Source: an uncultured Anaerolineaceae bacterium
Lineage (GTDB): Bacteria > Chloroflexota > Anaerolineae > Anaerolineales > UBA4823
Assembly: GCA_964547225.1 (NCBI GenBank)
Contig: CAZJMV010000113.1
Coordinates: 77,220-141,219 of the forward strand
Direction: 5' to 3'
DNA length: 64,000 nucleotides
Part shown: piece after piece, positions 1 to 10,018 of the stretch
Layout: each line of letters opens with the position of its first letter
Numbering within the stretch: position 1 is the stretch's first letter
Notes under the pieces: model-generated
What the model was told of the DNA's origin: nothing
Seen by the model: the letters and a program-made list of their open reading frames with translations, nothing else
Databases searched by the model: none
Made by a program: the position numbers and the translations under genes

Positions 1-1
1 A

Positions 2-895
2 GCAAGATTAGCATATTTATTAGTATTCCCTACAGCTTTAATTGTATTTGGATTAGTAATTTTTCCTGCAATATTTAGCATTTGGATTAGTTTTCATAAG
101 GTAGGTCTAGGCAATCTAAACGATGTATTTAATAGTCCATTTGTTGGTTTAGATAATTACCGTAAAGTTTTTGAAGATTACGCCTTTAAATTTCAGGGGC
201 TTAAAAGCTGGGGGGCAGCTGTTACTAGTGTTATCTATTCATTTACGGCTACTATTCTCACTATTCTGGTGGGTTTAATTGCAGCTTTGTTATTGAACCG
301 TCCTTTTCGTGGCAGAGGATTATCAAGAGCGATATTCTTAATTCCTTATGTTGCTCCTATTGTCAGTGTTGCTTTTGTGTGGCGCTGGATTCTTGACCCG
401 AGACCATCTGGTGTAATCAATGATATCCTCATGCGGTTGGGAATTATTGAACTTCCAATTGCGTATTTGGCTACTAGAGGTTTGTCATTGATCCTGATCA
501 TTATTTTTGAAGCATGGCGATACTTTCCATTTGCTATGTTGATGATTCTCGCTCGTTTACAAGCTATTGATAAAACTCTTTATGAAGCATCAGAAGTTGA
601 TGGAGCAGGGGGATTGGCGAAGTTTTGGTATATCACAATTCCAGAATTGAGGTATGTTCTCGGTGCGATATTCTTGCTAAGATTAATGTGGACATTTAAT
701 AAATTCGATGACATATTTCTTTTAACAGGCGGGGGATTTGGAACGAAAGTGCTTCCTGTACTTACCTATGAATTTAGTTTTCGATTGTTTGATTTTGGAC
801 GAGGAGCTGCGACTGCAATGATCCTTTTAATCATGTTGGTCATTTTCATGTCAATTTATATTGGAATTGTGATGAGAAATGTCGATGAAGAATAA
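2..895 (+). CDS. Carbohydrate ABC transporter permease (MalF-like), 5'-truncated by window edge
   Basis: Frame is open from nt 2; EAA-like loop LYEASEVDGAGGLAKFWYITIP; multiple TM segments. Confidence 0.9.
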   Translation, partial: ARLAYLLVFPTALIVFGLVIFPAIFSIWISFHKVGLGNLNDVFNSPFVGLDNYRKVFEDYAFKFQGLKSWGAAVTSVIYSFTATILTILVGLIAALLLNRPFRGRGLSRAIFLIPYVAPIVSVAFVWRWILDPRPSGVINDILMRLGIIELPIAYLATRGLSLILIIIFEAWRYFPFAMLMILARLQAIDKTLYEASEVDGAGGLAKFWYITIPELRYVLGAIFLLRLMWTFNKFDDIFLLTGGGFGTKVLPVLTYEFSFRLFDFGRGAATAMILLIMLVIFMSIYIGIVMRNVDEE

Positions 896-928
896 TTGGA
901 TTTGGTTATTGATATAAGGAGTGCAAGG

Positions 929-1822
929 ATGACTATAAATGATCAGCGACCTAAGAATATTATTGAACATATGGCTGAATGGATAACATTACCTCGATTT
1001 TTATTTTTTGCATTATTGACATTTTTCCTTACTGGAATACTTTTTCCATTTTACTGGATGGTAAGTTCGTCATTTAAGACCTATGCTGAAATTGGAAGTC
1101 GAACTCCCGTTTATATCCCAAGCGCGCTTCGCTGGGAGGCTTATCAGGAATTATTTGCATATTGGGATTTTGGAACGAATATCATTAACACGATCCTTGT
1201 TTCGGTACCAACCGCATTCATTGCTGTTTTTTTATCGACTCTGGGCGCCTATGCGATTGCTCGATTATCCTTTCCTGGAAAAGAAGCGCTTCTTAATAGT
1301 ATCTTGATGATCTATCTTTTTCCAGGTGTATTATTAATCATTCCATTATTTGCAATGTTGGCACAAATTGGGGACAGGATAGGTTTTGAAGTACAAGATA
1401 ATTTACCCGTGTTAATCATTACATATTTGGCTCAGACGCTTCCAGTTGCTTTATATATGTTGGCGAATTATTTTCGTACCATTCCAGAAGAAATTGAGCA
1501 AGCTGGGCTTATTGATGGCTGTAATCGATTAGGCGTAATATGGAGGATCACTCTTCCTCTGGCGATTCCTGCTCTGATATCCGTAGCGATTTATACATTT
1601 ATGATCGCGTGGAATGAATTTTTATATGCCTTCGTTTTCTTAAACGATCGAACACTTTTTACAATGCCCATAAAAATTAATACAATTTATAACGACCCAA
1701 GCCCACGACCTCATGTAGTGATGGCTGCATCCACCATTATGACTATACCGGTTGTATTCCTATTCTTATCGTTAGAAAAATTTTTGGAGGAAGGACTCTC
1801 AGCAGGAGGTGTCAAAGGTTAG
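929..1822 (+). CDS. Carbohydrate ABC transporter permease (MalG-like)
   Basis: EAA motif IEQAGLIDGCNRLGVIWRITLP, WNEFLYA; ATG 929 follows TAAGGAG (track ORF starts at 896). Confidence 0.9.
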   Translation: MTINDQRPKNIIEHMAEWITLPRFLFFALLTFFLTGILFPFYWMVSSSFKTYAEIGSRTPVYIPSALRWEAYQELFAYWDFGTNIINTILVSVPTAFIAVFLSTLGAYAIARLSFPGKEALLNSILMIYLFPGVLLIIPLFAMLAQIGDRIGFEVQDNLPVLIITYLAQTLPVALYMLANYFRTIPEEIEQAGLIDGCNRLGVIWRITLPLAIPALISVAIYTFMIAWNEFLYAFVFLNDRTLFTMPIKINTIYNDPSPRPHVVMAASTIMTIPVVFLFLSLEKFLEEGLSAGGVKG

Positions 1823-1953
1823 AAAAGAATTAGATAATCAACACAAATGGGTTTATTGAAGATTGGATAATCAAAATCAATCCACCAATTTTGATTTTCA
1901 TTTATACACTGGATATAGTATACTCATCGAATAAATTATAAGAGGATTATCTA

Positions 1954-3201
1954 ATGCGCATAGGTTTTATTTCTACTCGGTTAAAAGGGACTGATGGTGT
2001 TTCATTGGAAGTAGATAAGTGGACCAAGGTTCTTAGAAGAATGGGACATGAAGTCTTTTTCTGTGCTGGTGAACTCGGAGGTTATGCTAAGGACGGGACG
2101 CTTATTCCAAAACTACATTTTGCTCATCAATCGATTGTGAAAATTAGCCAAAGAGCCTTCGGTAATGATTTTGAGAGAGATGGAGATAAATTATGTGATG
2201 AGATATACGCAATTGCAGATGAAATTCGAGCGTCGATCCGTCATTTTATTCGATCAAATAAACTAGACTTAATCGTTGTTCAAAATGCTCTTACAATCCC
2301 GATGAATCTTCCTCTCGGTGTATGTTTGACTGGATTGATTGCTGAGTTGGGTATCAACACAATCGCTCATCATCATGATTTTTATTGGGAACGCCAACGC
2401 TACCAAACAAATGTCATTATGGATTTATTGGATACAACCTTTCCAGCTAGGCTTCCAACGATTCAACATGTCACTATTAACAGTATCGCAAAGCATCGAT
2501 TAGAAGCTAGAAGAGGGATAGATTCAATAGTGATACCAAATGTTTATGATTTTGCCTCGACCTCATCTGAAATCAAAGAATACAATAGTGGTTTTAGATC
2601 ATATATCGGACTTAATGATGATGATTTTCTCTTTTTACAACCGACCAGGGTCATTCAGAGAAAAGGAATTGAAATGGCGTTAGAGCTTGTTAATAGAATG
2701 GGCATGGATAATATTCACCTGTTTATTACACATTGTGCCAGCGATGAAGGTGAAGTTTATTGGCATTGGCTGAATAGAGAAGCCAAGAAAATGTCTGTCA
2801 AGCTGTCGCTGATTGACCATATTATCTCTAATTACCGTGAGAATACAAATGGTAACAAAAAGTATTCTCTGTGGGATGCCTATACTCACGCTGATTTAGT
2901 AACCTATCCTAGCTATTATGAAGGTTTTGGAAATGCCTTATTAGAAGCAATCTATTTTCGGAAACTCTTGGTTGTAAACCGTTACCCTGTGTATAACGCT
3001 GATATTCGCCCCAAAGGATTAAAATTCATAGAGCTCGACGGGTTTGTTGATGATCATGCTGTATCAAAAACACGCAGCTTGTTGGGAAATAAAGAGGCTA
3101 TGAAAGAAATGGCTGAGCATAATTATGATATTGGCTTGGAATATTTTTCTCTTGAAGTTCTTGAAAAAAAACTACGCGAGATCATCAATAACTTCAATTG
3201 A
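1954..3201 (+). CDS. GT4 glycosyltransferase, mannosylglucosylglycerate synthase (MggS/MggA)-like
   Basis: N-term GTDGVSLEVDKW, HHHDFYWER, GT4 motif YPSYYEGFGNALLEA. Confidence 0.8.
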   Translation: MRIGFISTRLKGTDGVSLEVDKWTKVLRRMGHEVFFCAGELGGYAKDGTLIPKLHFAHQSIVKISQRAFGNDFERDGDKLCDEIYAIADEIRASIRHFIRSNKLDLIVVQNALTIPMNLPLGVCLTGLIAELGINTIAHHHDFYWERQRYQTNVIMDLLDTTFPARLPTIQHVTINSIAKHRLEARRGIDSIVIPNVYDFASTSSEIKEYNSGFRSYIGLNDDDFLFLQPTRVIQRKGIEMALELVNRMGMDNIHLFITHCASDEGEVYWHWLNREAKKMSVKLSLIDHIISNYRENTNGNKKYSLWDAYTHADLVTYPSYYEGFGNALLEAIYFRKLLVVNRYPVYNADIRPKGLKFIELDGFVDDHAVSKTRSLLGNKEAMKEMAEHNYDIGLEYFSLEVLEKKLREIINNFN

Positions 3202-3279
3202 TTTGATTATTAGGTTTATTAAGGGGTAAGGTGTTTTGTTGTTTGCTGATCAATATTGTAATAATTCAACGAAGAATAA

Positions 3280-5058
3280 ATGAATAGATTTATTATGGCA
3301 GCAAAAGGTAGAATTAAAGATGAATTAAAAAAGCTTTATGATCCTAGCATTGCTGTAAAAACTGAAAAAAAGATCAGTGATTTAATCGACCTATATAAGA
3401 AGAGAATCTCATTAGAAAGCGACAAAATTATCAGATTGGGACAGATAAACCAAAGTGATGTGGTTCTAATTACCTATGCTGATCATGTAATTAATCGTAA
3501 TTACAGTCCTTTACAAGCGTTAAATCAATTTCTACTTGATTACCTAAAGGATATAATTGGAATTGTTCATATATTGCCCTTTTTTCCATATTCAAGTGAT
3601 GATGGTTTTTCGATCATTGATTATTTTAAAGTAAACCCAAAACTTGGTGATTGGGATGATATAAAAAAAATTGGTCGAAATTTCAATTTGATGTTCGATG
3701 CTGTGATCAACCATATATCCAGAGATAGTAACTGGTTTCAAGCTTTTCTTAAAGGTGAAAGTCCATATCGTGATTTCTTTATTAAAGTAGAGCCATCCTT
3801 AGATATTTCAGAGGTTGTAAGACCGCGGACATTACCATTACTGACTCCTGTGAAAACTGTTCAAGGTGAAGAATATGTTTGGACAACGTTTAGCAGTGAT
3901 CAAATTGACCTAGATTTCTCAAATCCAGAAGTTCTGCTTGAAATCATTAATTTACTTCTCTTTTATGTAGAAAAAGGTGCGAGTATTATTCGACTTGATG
4001 CGATTGCATATCTATGGAAGAAATTTGGGACTTCTTGTATACACTTACCAGAAACTCACTCCATTATAAGAATATTCAGGGCAGTTCTGGACGAAGTTGC
4101 ACCTGAGGTATATCTGATCTCAGAAACAAATGTTCCGCACAAAGAAAATATTAGCTATTTTGGACGGATAATCCCAGGCACTGAACGAACTGACGAAGCC
4201 CAAATGGTATATCAATTTCCATTAGCTCCGCTGATCTTGCATACTTTTTTTTCTGGGGATGCAAGTATTTTATGTAAGTGGTGTAGAGAGTTGAAAGCAG
4301 ATGGAATTTTCTTTAACTTTATCGCTTCTCACGATGGTATTGGAATTATGCCTGCCAAGGGGTTGCTTGATCAAAAAGAAATAAATACACTGATTGAGAA
4401 GACCATATCTCATAATGGGGTAATTTCTTATAAAAAGAATAGTGATGGCTCAAAAAGCGTCTATGAATTAAATATTACACTTTATGATGCGTTGAATGAT
4501 CCGAATAATATAAACGAATCACAAGAAGATCTTGAAATCTCTCGGTATTTAGCTTCTCAGGCGATAATGCTTTCATTAGCAGGAGTTCCTGGTATTTATT
4601 TAAGTAGTCTATTTGGATTTCGTAATTGTTATTCGTGTGTCAATGAATCAAATCGACCTCGTTCGATCAATCGTCAGAAATATTACGTGAATAAAATTAA
4701 TGAGTATCTCTCTGATCCAAAATCACGAGAAAGTAAAGTGTTTAAGGGTTATCATTTATTATTGAAACTCCGTAGGAAGAATAAAGCATTTCATCCAAAA
4801 GGAAGACAAGAAGTATTATCAACCCCAACTTCAATATTTGCCTTATTTCGAATTTCACCGGATAATGAGCAATCAATTATTTCAATTGTAAATGTCACTG
4901 AAAATATTATCGATTTAGAGCTCAACCTGTCGAAGGAAATGGTCAACCTGTTTCCTTATCCTCGAGATTTATTATCAAGTGGGAAATTGAAAATAAAAAA
5001 AGAAACCCTGAGTGTTAAACTACTGCCGTATCAAGTAATTTGGGTTTCTTCTGATTGA
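3280..5058 (+). CDS. GH13_18 sugar phosphorylase, probable glucosylglycerate phosphorylase
   Basis: YSSDDGF, RLDAIAY nucleophile, SETN acid/base loop, ASHDGIG, YELN loop. Confidence 0.85.
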   Translation: MNRFIMAAKGRIKDELKKLYDPSIAVKTEKKISDLIDLYKKRISLESDKIIRLGQINQSDVVLITYADHVINRNYSPLQALNQFLLDYLKDIIGIVHILPFFPYSSDDGFSIIDYFKVNPKLGDWDDIKKIGRNFNLMFDAVINHISRDSNWFQAFLKGESPYRDFFIKVEPSLDISEVVRPRTLPLLTPVKTVQGEEYVWTTFSSDQIDLDFSNPEVLLEIINLLLFYVEKGASIIRLDAIAYLWKKFGTSCIHLPETHSIIRIFRAVLDEVAPEVYLISETNVPHKENISYFGRIIPGTERTDEAQMVYQFPLAPLILHTFFSGDASILCKWCRELKADGIFFNFIASHDGIGIMPAKGLLDQKEINTLIEKTISHNGVISYKKNSDGSKSVYELNITLYDALNDPNNINESQEDLEISRYLASQAIMLSLAGVPGIYLSSLFGFRNCYSCVNESNRPRSINRQKYYVNKINEYLSDPKSRESKVFKGYHLLLKLRRKNKAFHPKGRQEVLSTPTSIFALFRISPDNEQSIISIVNVTENIIDLELNLSKEMVNLFPYPRDLLSSGKLKIKKETLSVKLLPYQVIWVSSD

Positions 5059-5074
5059 CTAAATGAAGTTTGAC

Positions 5075-5863
5075 CTAAGTAAGAATTTTTTTCATGATCT
5101 CATTAATAGAACGATACACAACAGAATCGTTGTTTAGATTGAAAATAGATTCTCCGGTAAATTCAAGTTCGGTTAAATCCTGGTTGTTAGGAATAGTCCC
5201 AATGAGTGGTATTCCTGTTTGATCAATCCTACTCTGAATTGTTTCTGGTAATTCGTTTGGTATTCGATTTAGGATGAGGTAAAAATTCTCAATATTGATT
5301 TCAAGATCTTTAGCGATTTCTGCAATTCTTTCCGCTGCTATAATTCCACGTAAAGATGGATCCGTGACAATTACAAGGTGTTGTACATCACGAGTAGTCC
5401 TTCGACTGAGATGTTCCATTCCAGCTTCGTTATCAATGACGATATAGCGATAATTTTTGCTAATTGTATCAATCACACCTCTTAGATTATGGTTGACAGC
5501 ACAGTAGCAACCGGGTCCTTCAGAACGCCCCATTGCGATTAAATCTACATAATCTCCTTCTTCAACAGTTGAACGAATTTGCATGTCTAGATAATCATGC
5601 TTGGTTATTCCCCCAGGCAGAGAACCAATCGCTGCTCCAGAAGTCTGTAAAGACTTTGAAACTTCTTTAAGCATATCCTCTCGTATATCTCCAACCGTCC
5701 ATTCAATATCCATACCTAAAACAATATTTAGGTTACTACTTGGATCAGCGTCAATGGCTAGGATTGGTTTTTTTTGAATTTCTGTGAGATACCTGATCAT
5801 TAAACCTGCAATGGTTGTTTTTCCGACGCCACCTTTACCAGCTAATGCGATTGTTGTTGTCAT
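5075..5863 (-). CDS. cooC: CooC/AcsF-type nickel-insertion ATPase
   Basis: GKGGVGKT P-loop, DADP, GCYC metal motif, DNEAGMEHLSR. Confidence 0.85.
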   Translation of the reverse strand: MTTTIALAGKGGVGKTTIAGLMIRYLTEIQKKPILAIDADPSSNLNIVLGMDIEWTVGDIREDMLKEVSKSLQTSGAAIGSLPGGITKHDYLDMQIRSTVEEGDYVDLIAMGRSEGPGCYCAVNHNLRGVIDTISKNYRYIVIDNEAGMEHLSRRTTRDVQHLVIVTDPSLRGIIAAERIAEIAKDLEINIENFYLILNRIPNELPETIQSRIDQTGIPLIGTIPNNQDLTELEFTGESIFNLNNDSVVYRSINEIMKKILT

Positions 5864-5896
5864 AATTGTTCTTTATTCCTTTATGATACTAATAAA

Positions 5897-6679
5897 TTAA
5901 CTCTCGTTTTCTAGTTCTATTAATTTGTGCATAATGATTGATGCTTGTTCCTTTAATTCAGGAATATGATCGTAGACTGCAATACCTAATCGATCGGCAA
6001 CTTGTACTTCTAAGGTGGCGGATAATATCCCCATAACTGGAATACCAGGAGTTTCCTTATATAAAAAATCTTCTTCTTCTTCATTGCGAATTTTATTTCC
6101 AACAAGCCACAATCTTTCTAACCCAATATCGTTGGCAAGTTTCTTTATCTGTGCAGCGGTGCCAATGCTTCGTTTTGTAGGTTCTACAACAATGATCATC
6201 GCATCGACAAAATCCACTGTAGCTCTACCCAAATGTTCGACTCCAGCATACATGTCAAGTAATAGAATATCATCCTTGCGGAAAAGGAGATGCGTAAAAA
6301 GAGTCTTTAGCATAGCGCTTTCGGGACATATACATCCAGAACCGCCCAGATCAACAGATCCCATCTCTAGTAAGCGAACATCTCTATGGACAATACTGAA
6401 TCGTTCTGGAATGTCATCTACACGAGGATTGATTGTAAAAAAACCACCAATCGTACCTGGTTTTGCACCTGTTCGTTCTTCTATCAATTGGTCCATCTCT
6501 GCAATAGGGTGTAGTTTTGTTCTGAGTTTTTCTGGAAAACCTAGCGCTCCTGCTAAACAAGGTGAAGGATCTGCATCCACCGCAAGCACATCTCTACCCA
6601 TATCAGCAAATCCTTGCGCTATTAACGCTGTCAAAGTTGTTTTACCGACGCCACCTTTTCCTGTTATTGCTAATTTCAT
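5897..6679 (-). CDS. cooC: CooC-type nickel-insertion ATPase (second paralog)
   Basis: GKGGVGKT, DADP, GCICPE, DMYAGVEHLGR. Confidence 0.85.
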   Translation of the reverse strand: MKLAITGKGGVGKTTLTALIAQGFADMGRDVLAVDADPSPCLAGALGFPEKLRTKLHPIAEMDQLIEERTGAKPGTIGGFFTINPRVDDIPERFSIVHRDVRLLEMGSVDLGGSGCICPESAMLKTLFTHLLFRKDDILLLDMYAGVEHLGRATVDFVDAMIIVVEPTKRSIGTAAQIKKLANDIGLERLWLVGNKIRNEEEEDFLYKETPGIPVMGILSATLEVQVADRLGIAVYDHIPELKEQASIIMHKLIELENES

Positions 6680-6710
6680 TTTTATTCCTCATTTTTGTTT
6701 TTATTTTGAT

Positions 6711-7085
6711 CTAATCAAGCTTCTTTCGATTTATCCACACACCAAATAAAATGATTACGACCAATAGAACACCTAAAAATGTAATAATATTTAAAATTTT
6801 TGGATCAGCAGGAGGTGGGATGATCAAGGGGGGAGGTGTTCGCTTCGGAGTTTTAGTTGGTTTTTTTTCATTAAGAGATTGAATGGTATCTATTTTGGTG
6901 TTTGAATAATTATGATTTAGGAATTCTTTTGATTCAATATTTTCATCAAGAAATAAATACTCTTTCGTGTCGAAACTCTCTTGAATATTTATATCTCCTT
7001 TATTATGTAGATACAAATAATGGTTAGAAATTACAGTGAACACAAAAAGAGGTGTAATAAACGTTAATAATAGATTATATTTCAT
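6711..7085 (-). CDS. Hypothetical membrane-anchored protein
   Basis: N-terminal hydrophobic stretch, Pro/Thr-rich linker, C-terminal TM followed by RKK. Confidence 0.55.
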   Translation of the reverse strand: MKYNLLLTFITPLFVFTVISNHYLYLHNKGDINIQESFDTKEYLFLDENIESKEFLNHNYSNTKIDTIQSLNEKKPTKTPKRTPPPLIIPPPADPKILNIITFLGVLLVVIILFGVWINRKKLD

Positions 7086-7177
7086 AATGATTACATAATA
7101 ATGTGTAGCATTGATGATATGGTGTTTTACTGAAAATAATTGTACCTCAATAATGCAATTTCAAAATAGATATTATA

Positions 7178-8341
7178 TTAATTTGCTTTAAGTATATGGG
7201 TGATAATTGTTGCCCCACTTCCACCAATATTTTGTGACATACCAATTTTTGCATTCTCAACTTGGGTTACACCTGCATTGCCGCGTAATTGTTGAACAGT
7301 CTCAACAATTTGATAGATACCAGTGGCGCCTACAGGGTGACCGCGCGCTTTCAATCCACCCATTGTTGCAATTGGAATTCTACCAGTTGGGGTGATATCC
7401 TCATTTAATGCGATTCTTGGTGCCTCACCTTGATCTGCAAAACCACATGCTTCTAAAGATAAAGCAGCCATAATGGAAAACGCGTCGTGAAGTTCAAAGA
7501 AATCAATTTCATTTGGAGTCACCCCAGCTTGAGCATAAGCCCTTTTGGCTGATTTTTGAGCAGCTCCCAACCATATTGGATTAATACGATCGTGGACAGC
7601 GAGATAATCTGTCGCTGAAGCTGAACCGATGATTTTGATGATTGGATTCCTGGATATGTTCAATTTCGAAAGTTTGCTTTTTGAAGTTATTATTACCGCC
7701 GCGGCTCCATCTCCAGTTGGTGAAGCATCTAGAAGGTTTATGGGATCTGAAACCATGCGCGCTTTTTGATATTGTTCAATGGAAACTTTATTATGTAGAC
7801 GCGCATACGGATTACTTAGTGCATTAGTGTGAGCATTGACTGAAAATTGGGCGAAGTCTTCGTGTTTCCATTGGTAGTGATGAATATATCGTTTCATGAT
7901 TAGCGCATTCAAGGCTACAAAAGATAACCCATGAATAGCTTCGTAATCAGCATCGGCAGCAGAGGCTAAAGCTGCTGTAATCTCACTTACTGGTACTTCC
8001 GACATTTTTTCTACACCCGATGCGATAGCGATATCCATTTCCCCTGAGCTAACTGCAAAGATTGCCATTCGTAATGCTGCGCCGCCTGAACCACATGCAG
8101 CTTCGATTTTGAAAGCTTCCTTACCCTGTAGTCCGATCCAATCAGCAATAAGTGTACCTAAATTTTCTTGGTGGCTAGTCATTGCTGACATCATATTTCC
8201 TATGAATAGACCATCAGCTGTAGATATCCCAGCATCTAGCATCGCAGAAAAGATCGCTTCGCCTGCTATCTCGCGTATAGATTTATCCCAACTCTCTTTA
8301 ACTTTCGTTTGTCCAATGCCAATAATTACTATCTCTTGCAT
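7178..8341 (-). CDS. Thiolase, archaeal/SCP-x-like type
   Basis: EAACGSG catalytic Cys, ELHDAF, GHPVGATG, NIGG; ATG 8341 with GAGG SD. Confidence 0.88.
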   Translation of the reverse strand: MQEIVIIGIGQTKVKESWDKSIREIAGEAIFSAMLDAGISTADGLFIGNMMSAMTSHQENLGTLIADWIGLQGKEAFKIEAACGSGGAALRMAIFAVSSGEMDIAIASGVEKMSEVPVSEITAALASAADADYEAIHGLSFVALNALIMKRYIHHYQWKHEDFAQFSVNAHTNALSNPYARLHNKVSIEQYQKARMVSDPINLLDASPTGDGAAAVIITSKSKLSKLNISRNPIIKIIGSASATDYLAVHDRINPIWLGAAQKSAKRAYAQAGVTPNEIDFFELHDAFSIMAALSLEACGFADQGEAPRIALNEDITPTGRIPIATMGGLKARGHPVGATGIYQIVETVQQLRGNAGVTQVENAKIGMSQNIGGSGATIITHILKAN

Positions 8342-8456
8342 AAGGTGTTCCTCTATCGATAAGTGCAATTATCGATGAAATTTCTGTCAAATACTATCAA
8401 CACTCAATAATTTCAATTCTTAGTTGGGGGAAGAAAAAAGGTGAGTTCAAGTTTGA

Positions 8457-9101
8457 CTAAGTTTTTTGTAGATCGTTTTTATTAGATTTAGATCGATTTC
8501 TTCGGCGTTTGAGGTACTTATCGAGATTTTCTCTTCTCAAGGCTAATTTATCCAGATGCGACTTTAGGAAAACCTCATCCGGGCAAGCATTCCAAGTGTA
8601 AACTACACAAGTGTGAGAAATTTTATCGTGCCATCCCATTCTGCGGTCATCAATTATTGCCCACAGAAAGCCAAGTCCAAATGGTATCGCAGATATGTAA
8701 TAACCAATGTATCTTATTAAACCTCGTAGGATTGATATCTTGTTGCCGTTTAAAGGAACAATACGGATTCCCATAATAGATTTTCCAGGTGAAGATCCAG
8801 AAAATGACCAAAAGAAAATGTTATAGGTAAAAATGATGAAAAGAGAAAAAAGGCTTGCCGTTATAGGATTAAAAAGTATTTCCTCTATTGTGATGATTAT
8901 CGGAAAAGATTTACTAAACGAATGGACTAAGTTGTTGAGTTGAAAAAGGTTTATTGATGTTGAAATAAACCAGGATATTGTGATCAATATCATACTGATG
9001 ATGAAGATATCGATGAAGAAAGCTACTAAGCGGCTTACGAATCCAGCATATTGTCCGACCAGATTGAACTTTTTCCCTTTATGAATAATTTGTTTTTCCA
9101 T
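8457..9101 (-). CDS. RDD family membrane protein
   Basis: YAGFVSRLVAFFID, SPGKSIMGIRIV, WHDKISHTCVV. Confidence 0.85.
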   Translation of the reverse strand: MEKQIIHKGKKFNLVGQYAGFVSRLVAFFIDIFIISMILITISWFISTSINLFQLNNLVHSFSKSFPIIITIEEILFNPITASLFSLFIIFTYNIFFWSFSGSSPGKSIMGIRIVPLNGNKISILRGLIRYIGYYISAIPFGLGFLWAIIDDRRMGWHDKISHTCVVYTWNACPDEVFLKSHLDKLALRRENLDKYLKRRRNRSKSNKNDLQKT

Positions 9102-9967
9102 TATCCAATTTTTCCTTTGTGAGGGTGTTTTACTCTTTCCATGACCTCTGGAGGAGGTCCTGGCAATTCAGCGCGACTCTTCATTCTTAACATGGTTCGT
9201 AAAGTTCCTTCGATGAGATTATCAGCGCTTACTGCGCGCTCACGTATTTCTTCAATTATTTCTCCAGCCAAGGTCATGCTTTGGCCTTGGATCATTTCCT
9301 GAACATCTTCATTTTCTGAGAGATAATAAAAAGCAGAATCGACCTGGTCTAACGCAGCATTCTCGATCATCTTTTTACTCTGGATTTCTTCGGTTTTTCC
9401 TAACATAATCCAGTCATTTACTTGATCTTCACCGCGACTTACTAGATACTCAAATCCTTTTTTGAATGGTTTTCCAATAAATGAGTTAGTAATTGGAGAA
9501 AGAATAGTGTTGGATACTTTACTAATATTCCTTGTTGTTTTATCAATTCTATTAATACTATCTTCTAATTTATCTTGAGACCTAAAAAGAAGTCCTACTA
9601 GCATATAGCGGATTTGGTCGGCATTACTATCCTGTTCTTGGTCTATGATGATAGGTTTATGATCTTGAATATTATTTCTCTCTTTGATATCATCAGGTAC
9701 CAAGATAGCAGATGAATGCGATTCAACATTTGGTTTATCTAATGGATCCCATTCATTCACACCTTCAGATAATTTATCACTTCCAATCACTAAGCCACCG
9801 ATTAGAAGACGTGTTAACCCACGAATATTTGCAAAGATACCTTTAGGAGAAGGGTTCTGATTAGTAGGTTTAGGATCTTTGTTTTGGAACTCAGAATATT
9901 GTTCAGGAAATTCATTTTTCTCTTGCATACAAACGCTCTCTACCTTTTTTGATAATAGACACGACAA
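9101..9967 (-). CDS. Hypothetical protein, coupled to RDD gene (start may be near 9928)
   Basis: 288-aa ORF whose stop codon overlaps the RDD start by 1 nt. Confidence 0.65.
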   Translation of the reverse strand: MSCLLSKKVESVCMQEKNEFPEQYSEFQNKDPKPTNQNPSPKGIFANIRGLTRLLIGGLVIGSDKLSEGVNEWDPLDKPNVESHSSAILVPDDIKERNNIQDHKPIIIDQEQDSNADQIRYMLVGLLFRSQDKLEDSINRIDKTTRNISKVSNTILSPITNSFIGKPFKKGFEYLVSRGEDQVNDWIMLGKTEEIQSKKMIENAALDQVDSAFYYLSENEDVQEMIQGQSMTLAGEIIEEIRERAVSADNLIEGTLRTMLRMKSRAELPGPPPEVMERVKHPHKGKIG

Positions 9968-10018
9968 TAAGGTATATTATATCAGTTTGTTTACAATAGA
10001 TTTATTAGGATTAGGATT

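Noticed and set aside
6015-6749. 244-aa plus-strand ORF and similar antisense/shadow ORFs throughout the track (e.g. 17653-18096, 32972-33379, 39839-40217, 57150-57509)
   Set aside because: They lie opposite or within well-supported genes, have Ser/Pro-rich antisense composition and no motifs
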